A DNA stretch of 64,000 nt from Mizuhopecten yessoensis (lineage: Eukaryota), in NCBI RefSeq assembly GCF_002113885.1, contig NW_018407074.1:453948-517947 (forward strand), written 5' to 3'. Shown here piece after piece: positions 37,931 through 50,328 of this stretch. Made by a program: the position numbers and the translations under genes. The number at the start of each line of letters is the position of its first letter. Within the stretch, counting starts at the first letter, position 1. The notes below the pieces were generated by a model. It was not told where the DNA came from. It did not search any database and was given only the letters and a program-made list of their open reading frames with translations.

Positions 37931-39352
37931 AAGGTTGGATACATCCATTAGGCACTTAAACATTTCACCGACCAAAGTTACCAATCAGTACCTTTAGGTG
38001 TAAAGAAGACATGTATATTGGATAGAAATCCTCGGTCAGAGTGAAGATGAGGGTACCCCTATGTGTTTTAAACTTAAATCTGTTCCTGGGAAAGTGGTTA
38101 CTACATGTGATTCTGTTATATACAATTGGTATTGCTTGTAGATAAATAGGGCTGTGAACTGTTGGAGCAATGCCATAATCAATAGTGATAACGACAATGC
38201 CATTTAATGACTTAGTGTGCCGTAATCTGATTTTCTTCCATAATGATCAAATGCTAATTTATATACAGGTACGTCTCTGTCATTCTGATCATACGTCTTG
38301 GTAAATGCAATATCAAAATAACAGATTGTCACATAAACCAAAAGCTATTCTAGGTATATCAGGGGGCAATTTTTGTGCCCCCCCAAAAAAAATCAACAAG
38401 AATTTTAGACTCATTTTCAGTATCTTTATCATGTATTCTTAAAAGTGCCTCTTCTTTATGTATGCCAAATACAGTGTATTCATACATGGAACAGCCTGAA
38501 TTTATATTGACTGTACAAATCTGTAAATGATTTTATTAAACGATGTATGTTTCACTAATGCAATCAGAGAAGAATATGTACCATAGCACAAACACAGGCT
38601 AGTAATTATATTTGCAATAATTTTGATACTAAATAACCGATATTGCATTTTCAGATTAACACAAAATCTTTTATTTTTTGGGAAAAATGAAGCTGACGTC
38701 TGAAGTTAACAAATCTTTATAACTTGGCCCTGATGTCAGCTTTATAACAATCAATCAGTGCGGAATGCTTGTGTCTAATTTCTATTGATAAATTCTTACC
38801 TTTGGAATACTAAAAAATCTCCACATAAGTCTAGATAACTTATTCCTTTCAAGGCACTATGTAATATGGAATGGTTGTATATAATATTAATACTCGGATA
38901 CATTGACATCTTCCCTTTAAAACCTGTCCTCATTTAAATCAATAATACTGAGCTGAAATCCACTTCAATTCCCTGAGAGATTTTTTTCCCCATAATTTCA
39001 CCTCCATGCAGTTAAGTTATCATATGATGTAAAATATCAAGAAACTAAAACTGCATAACGTTATTATACATTCTACGAATATAACCCTCTCAACATAATT
39101 ACAAATTAGATGTGGAACTAAAAATAATCGTCTTAACAATCATTGTAACATGGACACAAGCTCTCACTAACACAAAAATTCTTTTTCAGATGATTGGAAA
39201 ATATTCCTACATTGCAAAGCTTCACATTATTGTAGCCTTTTTAAAAAATGTTTGTTAGAAATCAGGAGTTTTCTCCTTTTCGTCGAACTCCTCCCGTAAC
39301 AAATGAGATATGAGTGAGAATCATCTTCTGTAAAACAGAGCCTCAGATCTAT

Positions 39353-39443
39353 ATAACCCTTTCAACCTTTGGAAACTTTAGTAGACTCTACCAAACATTT
39401 ATCTGGATGAGTCCATTATGGTCTACAGTGGTGAAAGGGATAA
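39353..39443. mobile_element. 91-bp mini-MITE, family B, opposite orientation
   Basis: ATAACCCTTTC...TCTGGATGAGTCCATTATGGTCTACAGTGGTGAAAGGGATAA is the reverse complement of the 23495 copy. Confidence 0.7.
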
Positions 39444-40832
39444 AACACAAATTAAGACAACAACAAAATTATACAGTATGTTACTCAAAGGTCGTATTAG
39501 TTTATTGAAAGCACATTCACAAGTCTGTCATCTAAACTATGGAATACGTACAGTATAGCATCAAAAGGACTTTTGAGACTTTTGTCTTTTGTCGATATAG
39601 AAAAAATGTTAATAATTATATACATGTTATTTGTATACATGTGTATGTAAATAAATGTAAAATTAAACAGAATTACAGCTTGTCTGTACTCAAAGCACTA
39701 TCCAAGATTTTCTCTATCAAAATGTTTACAAATAAAAAAATCTAAAAATAATTCAAAACCTAGCTACATACTTTCACGATAAAATACATTTTGTTCAAAA
39801 TAATCATTATTTCTATATTTAATGGTAGTTCACTGATTTTATGCCTACTGCTTCATGATGAAATATCTGTATACATAATTATATGTTAATTTGAGTTAGG
39901 AAACACGCTAAGAAATATTAAGTTCTGTATGGTATAACACTAAAATGATGTGTACAGCTCTATTGCATATAGTATTATACATTTGATGAAATATTGTCTT
40001 CAACAATAAGCTAATAAGCAAATTTTACTGAAAGTTGTCATGATTTAAGAAATGCAAAATTACACAATTATGATAATCTCCAGCTAACATATTGAGGTCA
40101 AAATCTAGGATGGATATCAAAGCAGAACATAATTTGAGGCCAACATAGAAATTGTGGAAATGGATTACATAAAAAGGCAGTTTATTTTAAAAGATGAACT
40201 TCATTAAATTATAATCTATAGTGTTTAAAAAAAGATAGAAAGTGTAAAAGTATGAAGTGTATAAACTAGAGAGAATGATTATAATGTCTATCACTCATGT
40301 ATTATCACTAATTTCTGCTGAACGGTGGGTTAGCATTGAAGTCTTTGTTTCTTTACACTACGATTAAACTCTGATCAGCATTCACTGCTAGCTTTGTTTC
40401 CATTAGTGTCAGTAGCACATCAGTTCAATCCTGGAATTACTGCAGAGATTTCTTTCGATGTACATCAATCTTTTAGTCACAGGGTGAGGTCACAAGGGTG
40501 AGGTCAAGGGTGTCACAAGGGTGAGGTCACAAGGGGAGACACTTCAGCGTCAAATAAGCTATCACAGGAATGTTGGTCCTGACTAAATGCTGGAAGAGGA
40601 TTTCCCAAGTGTTCACCAAGCTCTGTTTATATCAATGCTGGCTAAAAAGTACATTACAGGGTAACCTCCCACTCAGAAACATTGTAAATCACCTGACATT
40701 TCTAGAGATATTACTCCTGTTAAAACAGTAATTCAGAATATATCCTCCTTGTGAAATCAACTCTCCACTTAAAGGAGAATTCTTGTTCAGTTAAACACTT
40801 TCACTAAGAATAGATTTCACTAAGAAAAGTAT

Positions 40833-43330
40833 TTAGAAATCCTCCTCCATACTTTCGGCCAGTGATGTACGTGACATCTGACTTGGTACCTCCTCTGGCA
40901 CCGGTTCCCCTACCTCCTTGTCCTCCCTTGTTATCTGACTTGGTACCTCCTCTGGCATCGGTTCCCCTACCTCCTGGTCCTCCCTTGTTTCCTCCGCCAT
41001 GTTAAGATCATCTCTGGCCATGCTAGCATAGTCATCCACATCAGGTGTTGCAGTATCCGTGCTCCAATCAACCTCCTCTCCCTCTTGCTCATCTTTGCCA
41101 AAGACCTCTGTCTCCTCACTAAATGACACATGCTTAAGACTGCGAGATGTGTTGGCCGATTGTGGACGTAGGTCATCGGTGTTTAAATGTAGCTCGCTTT
41201 CAGTGACATCCTGTCGAGGACTGTTGTCCTGAGCTACACTTTCAGTGAAATCCTGTCGAGGACTGTTGTCATGAGCTACACTTTCAGTGACATCCTGTCG
41301 AGGACTGTTGTCATGAGCTACACTGACATTGACCTCCTGTTGGTCATTTCGTCCATTCTGTGTATCACAAGCACCTGTTAAGTCACCAGAGTCTGTTTCC
41401 AAGTCGTTAATAGGTGGTTTCACCTCAGAGGACACCTCCTCTATTTTGTCCTCATTTTCCCTGTCATTCTTCACATCCTCTTTCATTGAAGACTCTTCAA
41501 CTTTCTTCTCCTCCTTAGCAGGAGTCTCAACTGTCTGTTCACTTTCCTTTGAATCATTTTCTGTTTTCACTTCATCTAAAATATCTTCCCGTGATGTAAG
41601 GAAAAAATCTCCAACAATTTCTTCCTTCTGTTCTTCTACTTTCTTACCAGTACTTTCCTCATCCTTTGTATTATTTTCACCTGCTGTTGTATTTGAATCA
41701 TCGCTCTTTGCATTGTTTTCTGTCTTTGTTGAGTTATCTACCTTTGCACTCTGAGTTCCCTCTTGTGAGGACAGCAGATGTTGTTGTGTCTCTGTTGCAG
41801 CACATCCCTGTGGCTCTGGTCTTTCTTCATCCTTCAACTGTTCCCATACTTTTTCAGCAAACAGTTTCCTCTGAGTAGAAGCTACATGTTTAGGTACGCC
41901 ATCCTTCTCCTGAAACGGCAGACTGAACCCTGTTGACACTTCATCACTCATCTTGTCCTTAGGTGGTGCCACTGCTTTCCTAGGGGAGTTTGAGGAGCGT
42001 TTGGGTGTGGGAACCCTACCCCTGGCAGGAGCTGTGCCGGGACGACTATCCATGTTTACACTCTGTCCAGACAGATTCAAATTTCTAGAAGAATTCTTTG
42101 GATCCGTCTTGCTAATCCTGTCGGAGTCAAGGCGGTATGATGGGCGAGGACTCTTCTCTTCACCTGCACTGACATCCTCGTCATTGAAATCTGCACCTCC
42201 AAAAGATTTGTTGGCTCTGTCATCAAAATTCTTTATTCCAGTATCAATGGACTTCTTTCCTTCTAGCACTCGATGTATCCTCTTCTTTGCTATTTCTGGT
42301 ACAATTTTCGCTAATTCAGGATCAGACTTAGCGAGTTCTTCTTTTTGAAGCTGAATTTCCTTTTTCTGTTGAAGTTCATGCTTTCGTTTCTGCTGTAGCC
42401 AGTCCTCATAAGACATTCTCTGTCTATTTTCATTAGAATTATCTCTGGCACTCACTCGCCTTGGTGATGCAGATGCATTGCGTTGTGGGGCGATTACAGA
42501 TGCACTTTTCGGTCGCTCTCTCATGGCGAGTTTGATGCGTCCTGCTACCGGCCTTTTGTAGATGAACTTGGAGGCTGGTGGGTGAGGTTCCATACCCACA
42601 GTCTTTGCCTGTTTCATTTCATCCTCCTTCAATCGTGTCACCCCGGGTGCAACTTGCACATGTTCCTGTTGACTGCCCTCTTTTCCAGAGTGAACTCCCT
42701 TTTTAGGTGGTGCAGACTGTGGACGTAAGGGTTTTCCTGGAACTGTCAGCGTGTTGACATTTTCTTGATTAATTCTTTCTCTTGACCTTATTTTTTCTCT
42801 AATCTTTTCCTCTCTACTTTTTGCTCTACACTCCTTCTGTTTTGCTTTCATCCATTTGTCAACCAGTTTTTGGGACTCCAGTCTCTTCTCAAACTTGTCA
42901 TTTGCCTCCAAAATAACCTTTTGTCGTTCTTCTTTTTTCTTCTGTTTTTCCTCTCGCTTTTGTTTCCTGTGAGTGATATCTTTCTGTTTGAGCCAGGAGA
43001 GCAGTTCTGGGTTATTACTGTGTTTGATGTGGTGGTCCATGGGCTCTGGTGGTCCTTTTTGCCGTGGAGACCCTGTGGCCTTGCTACTACTTGGGGTCCT
43101 GTTACTCGGAGAGTTGTCATGATAACCATTGTGATGTACTGTAGAATCTATCGTTGATCCAGAATCCTTCCTTCTGTGATCTGACCTTTTCTTTTTTTTC
43201 TTTTTCTTGTTGATACCTTCACCATTGATGTCAGTCCTGACCTTCTGCTGCTGCTTGGCTGTTGAAGCGGTCATGACATTTCTGATAGTATAGTAGGTTC
43301 CATCCTCAGCTGTCAAGTCTCGAAGTTCAG
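40833..43330 (-). CDS. Terminal coding exon of a ~1158-aa disordered/coiled-coil protein (CCDC34/CCDC181-like Trp-containing coiled coils)
   Basis: Long ORF; acceptor tatatttcag at 43331 is phase 1 and joins the 48253 donor in frame (..STH A ELRDL..); motifs LLSWLKQK..KWMKAK and SYEDWLQQKRK; acidic C-terminus. Confidence 0.85.
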
Positions 43331-43423
43331 CTGAAATATACAAATTATCACCATTAGCTTTCAATAAAATACCTTTACTATAATATCAATGAGAGCATCT
43401 CTGTCTTTATTTGGAAAACTTAC

Positions 43424-43470
43424 AAACCCATCAAACCTTCCTCAGCTTGTTCTATTTTGTTGTGTTCTAT
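43424..43470 (-). other. Candidate 47-nt cassette exon carrying an in-frame stop
   Basis: ttttgttacttttag acceptor, gtaagt donor, 93-nt downstream intron; reads DRTQQNRTS* after the upstream exon. Confidence 0.4.
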
Positions 43471-43689
43471 CTAAAAGTAACAAAACACAAATGATGAGAA
43501 GATTTATTTTTTCTGGTCTGTCAAACAGTTATACAAAACTGTAACTGCATCAATTGATTTCTTGTTCTTTGCATATGCATGCAAAAAAAGTAACAAGGAA
43601 GCGATCATTTTTTATTCAACTTAAGAATTAAATTTTTGGTGTATTTTGTTAATGCTAATATTGAGGCAGTAAGTTTCACCATTTTGGAT

Positions 43690-46600
43690 AAAGTTAGAGC
43701 TATCATTGATAGCTAACACTTAACATAAAGCTAGCGCTATCATTGATAGCTTACACTTAACATAAAGCTAGAGCTATCATTGATAGCTTACACTTAACAT
43801 ACAGTTAGAGATATCATTGATAGCTTACACTTAACACAAAGTTAGAGCTATCATTGATAGTTTACACTTATCATAAAGCTAGAGCTATCATTGATAGCTT
43901 ACACTTAACATAACTTAACATAAAGTTAGAGCTATCATTGATAGCTAACACTTAACATAAAGTTAGAACTATCATTGATAGCTTAGACTTAACACAAAGT
44001 TAGAGCTATCATTGATAGTTTACACTTAATAGAAGAGCTATTATTGATAGTTTACACTTAATGGTAGAGCTATTATTGATAGCTCACACTTAACATCAAG
44101 TTAGAGCTATCATTGATAGCTCAAACTTAACATAAAGTTATAGCTATCATTGATAGCTTACACTTAACATAACTTAACATAAAGTTAGAGCTATCATTGA
44201 TAGCTAACACTTAACATAAAGTTAGAACTATCATTGATAGCTTAGACTTAACACAAAGTTAGAGCTATCATTGATAGCTTACACTTAACACAAAGTTAGA
44301 GCTATCATTGATAGTTTACACTTAATAGTAGAGCTATTATTGATAGTTTACACTTAATGGTAGAGCTATTATTGATAGCTCACACTTAACATAAAGTTAG
44401 AGCTATCATTGATAGCTCAAACTTAACATAAAGTTAGAGCTATCATTGATAGCTTATACTTAACATAAAGTTAGAGCTATCATTGAGAGCTAACACTTAA
44501 CATAAAGCTAGAGCTATCATTGATAGCTTACACTTAACATAAAGTTAGAACTATCATTGATAGCTTAGACTTAACACAAAGTTAGAGCTATCATTGATAG
44601 TTTACACTTAATGGTTGAGCTATTATTGATAGCTTACACTTAACATAAAGTTAGAGCTATCATTGATAGCTAACACTTAACATAAAGCTAGAGCTATCAT
44701 TGTTAGCTTACACTTAACATAAAGTTAGAACTATCATTGATAGCTTACACTTAACACAATGTTAGAGCTATCATTGATAGTTTACACTTAATGGTAGAGC
44801 TATTATTGATAGCTTACACTTAACATCAAGTTAGAGCTATCATTGATAGCTCACACTTAACACAAAGTTATGGCTATCATTGATAGTTTACACTTATGGT
44901 AGAGCTATCATTGATAGCTCATACTTAACACAAAGTTAGGGCTATCATTGATAGTTTACACTTATGGTAGAGCTATCATTGATAGCTCACACTTAACATA
45001 AAGCTAGAGCTATCATTGATAGTTTACACTTATGGTAGAGCTATCATTGATAGCTCACACTTAACACAAAGTTAGGGCTATCATTGATAGTTTACACTTA
45101 TGGTAGAGCTATTATTGATAGCTTCCACTTAACATAAAGCTAGAGCTATCATTGATAGCTTACACTTAACATAAAGTTAGAGCTATCATTGATAGCTTAC
45201 ACTTAACATAAAGTTAAAACTATCATTGATAGCTTACACTTAACACAATGTTAGAGCTATCATTGATAGTTTACACTTAATAGTAGAGCTATTATTGATA
45301 GCTTACACTTAGCATAAAGCTAGAGCTATAATTGATAGTTGACACTTAATGGTTGAGCTATTATTGATAGCTTACGCTTAACATAAAGTTAGAGATATCA
45401 TTGATAGCTTACATTTAACATAAAGTTAGAGCCATCATTGATAGCTAACACTTAACATAAAGTTATAACTATCATTGATAGCTTATACTTAACATAAAGT
45501 TAGAACTATCATTGATAGCTTACGCTTAACATAAAGTTAGAGCCATCATTGATAGCTAACACTTAACATAAAGTTAGAGATATCATTGATAGCTTACACT
45601 GAACACAAAGTTAGAGCTGTCATTGATGGTTTACACTTAATGGTTGAGCTATTATTGATAGCTTACGCTTAACATAAAGTTAGAACTATCATTGATAGCT
45701 TATACTTAACATAAAGTTAGAACTATCATTGATAGCTTACACTTAACATACAGTTAGAGCTATCATTGATAGCTCATACTTAACATAAAGCTAGAGCTAT
45801 CATTGATAGTTTACACTTATGGTAGAGCTATAATTGATAGTTTACACTTAACATAAAGTTAGAGCTATCATTGATAGCTAACACTTAACATAAAGTTAGA
45901 ACTATCATTGATAGCTTAGACTTAACACAAAGTTAGAGCTATCATTGATAGCTTACACTTAACATAAAGTTAGAACTATCATTGATAGCTTACACTGAAC
46001 ACAAAGTTAGAGCTATCATTGATAGCTTACACTTAACACAAAGTTAGAGCTATCATTGATAGCTTATACTTAACATAAAGTTAGAGCTATCATTGATAGC
46101 TTACACTTAACACAAAGTTAGAGCTATCATTGATAGCTTATACTTAACATAAAGTTAGAGCTATCATTGATAGCTCACACTTAACATAAAGCTAGAGCTA
46201 TCATTGATAGTTTACACTTATGGTAGAGCTATTATTGATAGCTTACACTTAACATAAAGTTAGAGCTATTATTGATAGCTTACACTTAACATAAAGTTAG
46301 AGCTATTATTGATAGCTTACACTTAACATAAAGTTAGAGCTATCATTGATAGTTTACACTTAACATAAAGCTAGAGCTATCATTGATAGCTTACACTTAA
46401 CATACAGTTAGAGCTATCATTGATAGCTTACACTTAACACAAAGTTAGAGCTATCATTGATAGTTTACACTTATAGTAGAGCTTTTATTGATAGCTTACA
46501 CTTAACATAAAGTTAGAGCTATCATTGATAGCTTACACCTAACATACAGTTAGAGCTATCATTGATAGCTTATACTTAACATAAAGTTAGAGCTATCATT

Positions 46601-46833
46601 GATAGCTAACACTTAACATAAAGTTAGAGCTATCATTGATAGGTTACACTTAACATACAGTTAGAGCTATCATTGATAGCTTATACTTAACATAAAGTTA
46701 GAGCTATCATTGATAGCCTACACTTAACATACAGTTAGAGCTATCATTGATAGCTTACACTTAACACAAAGTTAGAGCTATCATTGATAGTTTACACTTA
46801 ATGGTAGAGCTATCATTGATAGTTTACACTTAA
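43690..46833. repeat. 37-bp (32-bp variant) palindrome-containing minisatellite, ~85 copies
   Basis: Unit AAAGTTAGAGCTATCATTGATAGCTTACACTTAACAT containing AGCTATCA-T-TGATAGCT. Confidence 0.97.
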
Positions 46834-48252
46834 TGCAAAGTGCTGGCAAGAAAAGCAATGGTCTACTACACTACACTACCCTACACTAGGAGACACTAGG
46901 AGACACTAGGAGACACTGGACACTAGGAGACACTAGGATACAAACCTTAGAAATAATACATATCAACCAAAGGACAAAGATCTTGAAGTTTGCTTATGCC
47001 CCTACATATACAATATTAATGAATGCTGAGAATATCCAACGGATGTCTTTTTTGTTACGTCTCAACTCAATTTTTCAAATATTGGTGTACATGACCCTGT
47101 GTACCAATGTCAAGGCTTCATGTAAAAGCTTCCTTAGATACCGTCAATATAAACCTAGACTCTTTTATAGAAATGTGGGAAGAAAAGTTATTTACTTATG
47201 ACATTTAGGTAAAATATCTTGGAAGACAAGAGAGAATTTCTTTATCATTGAATTTCCATACTAAAAAAATATTCTAATTTTTAACTGGATGGAGAGTTCA
47301 ATTCCTTTCTTATGTGTGATCCGTTCTTAATCTAAGAGGACAAGTATGGCGCAATTCTGCTGACACAGCTGTTCCATATTGTGGTATAATTATAATTAAA
47401 TCAACTACAAACAGCTATACCGCTACTAGTACATGTTTTCCATTAACAACAGAGTAAATACTCCATTGAAGCACACCAGAAGCTTTAAACATTAAAAAGT
47501 GAACTGCTTTCCTATTGAACAAGTCAGGATATTGGAAAATGTATTGATTGATTGGTGTGTTTGCCTGTCCAGTGAAGCATTAAGTTAATGTCCTTAGTCT
47601 GTCAGACCTCCCAATACACACCTTAGGCTTGTTCTGTCTCTATACCATTAATGAATGCACTCCCCAGGTAGGTTTATATATAACTTTAATAAATACCATG
47701 ATTTTAACGTTAATAAAATATTGTAATGATTGAGAAAGGTCTAAAAAATAGTTGATGAGAAAAGTGTACTGGTGTGGTTCTATTGCTGAATGGACCAGAA
47801 ACATCACGACTGATTGGTCGTGTTTGTCGTGTTACTAACGACAACCAGACACGCGTGATCATCACAGTCTGATGCCTTGACAGTAGGAATTTGAACTAAG
47901 AAATAAAACCAATTTCTGATTATCTAAATCTATCTAATATTTTATGAAAAACATCACCGGTTTACATTTAAAAAGGAAGTGGTACCATGTTTCTCTCAGA
48001 CTGGTCTACAATCATTTCAAACTCCCCCTCGATCTCACCACCATCACCATATTCCAACCCCCTTATTCTGGATTATGACCTGTAACTTTTTTCTTTCAAA
48101 GTTTTTCTTTATCTCAACACCTTTCATTTGCCATGGTATACAGAGATATGCAACTCAAAGATTTCATATATATTATATACTTTCATGCAGGGGAACAGAC
48201 AGATTTTTTAATTTTTTATAAAGGTACTTTTTTTACAGGACTTGTAACTTAC

Positions 48253-49231
48253 CATGAGTACTGGCAGACATTGGGCGTCTCCTCTGTGGCACCCCAGGGG
48301 GTTTGATGTCACTGAGCATCCCTGTCCCTGGCAACAGAAGCCCAGAGGGCTGCAGTCCATGGCTGACTTTTGTATAGGAATCCCGCAGAGACTGGATCTG
48401 ATTGAAATAGTCCCGTGTGACCTGCGGTCGGCGGTCACTAAAGCTTGTCTGCACAAGTTCATGGAGTTCTTTGTATTTTTGATTCAGTCGTTCCTCAATA
48501 AACACATCAGGATTGATCTCCATTGATCTGAACTTCCTAAGTGGGGATCGATTTAACAGTTTAGTCTTACGACTTTGCTGGTTCGTTTTCCTTTGCCTAT
48601 GACCTTGTTCACTCATTGTGTCATGAGGCTTTGAACTGTTTTTAAGGTTCAAGTGTGTATGAACACCATGCACATATGAATGTGGAGAGGATGACTTTGA
48701 TCTTGATTTTGATCTAGATTTAGAACGCGAACGAGATCTTGATCTTGAATGGGACCTTGACCTTGAACTAGAATACGACCTTCTTCTGGAACTCCGTGGT
48801 GTTCCACGCTTAGGAGACCTTGATCTTGACCTTGACTTTGATCCACTTGACCAAAAACTTGATGAGGATGAACAAGAACCTGACCTTGATCGTGACCTTG
48901 ACTTTCCATTTTTAACATGACCCGACGGTACAGAAATTGACCCCTGACCAGTCGGAGGCTTTTTAGCATACAATATGCGGTCATGTTGATCCTTCGTTCT
49001 GGATCGGGACTGACGTTCGTTCTCTGCCTCTTTCCCTGCCTTGGTCTTGCCTTTCTTTGTGTAACTCCCGTTCATTTTTTCGTAGAAGTGGTTGCCACCA
49101 TGTTCCTTTATAAGACTATCTAACAGTGCCTCCCTTTCCTCAGCTCCTTCCTCACTGCTGTTGTCCTGTACCAACTTCTCCAATAATTTCAACGACCTTT
49201 TTTTCGGTTGTTTCCGTGACATTATACTCAT
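48253..49231 (-). CDS. First coding exon of the ~1158-aa protein, RS/KS-dipeptide rich
   Basis: ORF MSIMSRKQPK...SRSRSRSKSRSKS...; upstream acceptor ttaaacag at 49260; CAT G|gtaagt donor just before the apparent ORF end. Confidence 0.85.
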
Positions 49232-50227
49232 TGGTCAACCATATTGCTGTGGCTCACACCTGTTTAACAAAAGAAAAAGATAAATAATGCTATTAGAAAG
49301 TCAAATATCATGGCCAAATTCAAGAGGGAAAAATAAAAACTCGCCTCTTCACGTCTGCATTTTACGCTCTTTATTTGTTCATTTATGTGTATATATTAAG
49401 TGATTGTAAGCCTTTGATTTGTTTCACAATTATAACTAAAACTATTATCCATATGTTGTAAAGCGCTTTAGAGTAATTTTACAGATTAAATTAGAAAAAC
49501 TCCTTTTATTAAATAAAAATATTCCTCCTTGTCTGTAAGTGTTATAAAGCCATGCACTTGTCATGGTTATTTCTGACTACAGTATAAAATATCCTGACAT
49601 CCCCTGATGACCCTCGGAAGAGGTGAAAGTGTAAGGGAGCTGCTCAGAATCCCTTTTTCTTTTCTTCATATTTACAATCGTACTAGGACTTTTGTATTTT
49701 TCAAAATTTTATCTCGTATTTATAATTAATGCAAGCAGAGTTTTAAATTCCTTGGCATTAGTCCAGTTTATTTGACTTCAACATTTGAATTCATGAGTAT
49801 GTTAATTATTTAGTCAGGAGCTTAAAACATCACATGAAAGAAAACAAAAGAAAGGCTACCTATTACAATCTCAGCGGTTTATTTTGTATACCTGGTTGGC
49901 AAGGTTGCATCTGTGACATTGTCATATGAATGTGTTACACTGTGGGAGCACAGTCGAGTCAGGTACTGAAGTATTGTATGTACAGAACCATCAACAGCTT
50001 TTTAAGAAAGAAAAAATCTTTATATAGTGACATCCCCATGTAAAAGGAAAGTCAATACACAGCATTTGTCTATTACAATGAGAGTGACGTCGACCACCTC
50101 TCTGTCAGCACAAGCTAATGGCAGCTTTAACACAAGTGGTTCAATGGCTCCATCAACTTTGATGGTTAACACTAACTCTTTTATTCCGATCAGTCTCAGA
50201 ACTGATATTTACTGGCTCATAAAAACA

Positions 50228-50328
50228 TAGCCAGAGTTTCCTCTGGCCCTGACACCAGACTTAGACACCAGACATCTATCTGTCAAAATACCTTAGTCTT
50301 GTGTCGGGGCAAGAGGAAACTCGGGCTA
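50228..50328. mobile_element. ~100-bp hairpin MITE
   Basis: TAGCCAGAGTTTCCTCTGGCCCTGACACCAGACT inverted against AGTCTTGTGTCGGGGCAAGAGGAAACTCGGGCTA. Confidence 0.7.

Noticed and set aside
28125-40832. Additional gene between the convergent genes
   Set aside because: Only short AT-rich ORFs without splice-consistent coding signal; probably UTRs and intergenic DNA
41329-43157. Plus-strand ORFs of 70-141 aa
   Set aside because: Antisense shadows of the long minus-strand exon
43331-43364. TTG start of the 843-aa ORF as an independent gene
   Set aside because: Lies in intron sequence upstream of a good acceptor; the frame is supplied by splicing
48233-48252. C-terminus GKLQVL* of the 332-aa ORF
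   Set aside because: Most likely read-through into the intron after a consensus GTAAGT donor
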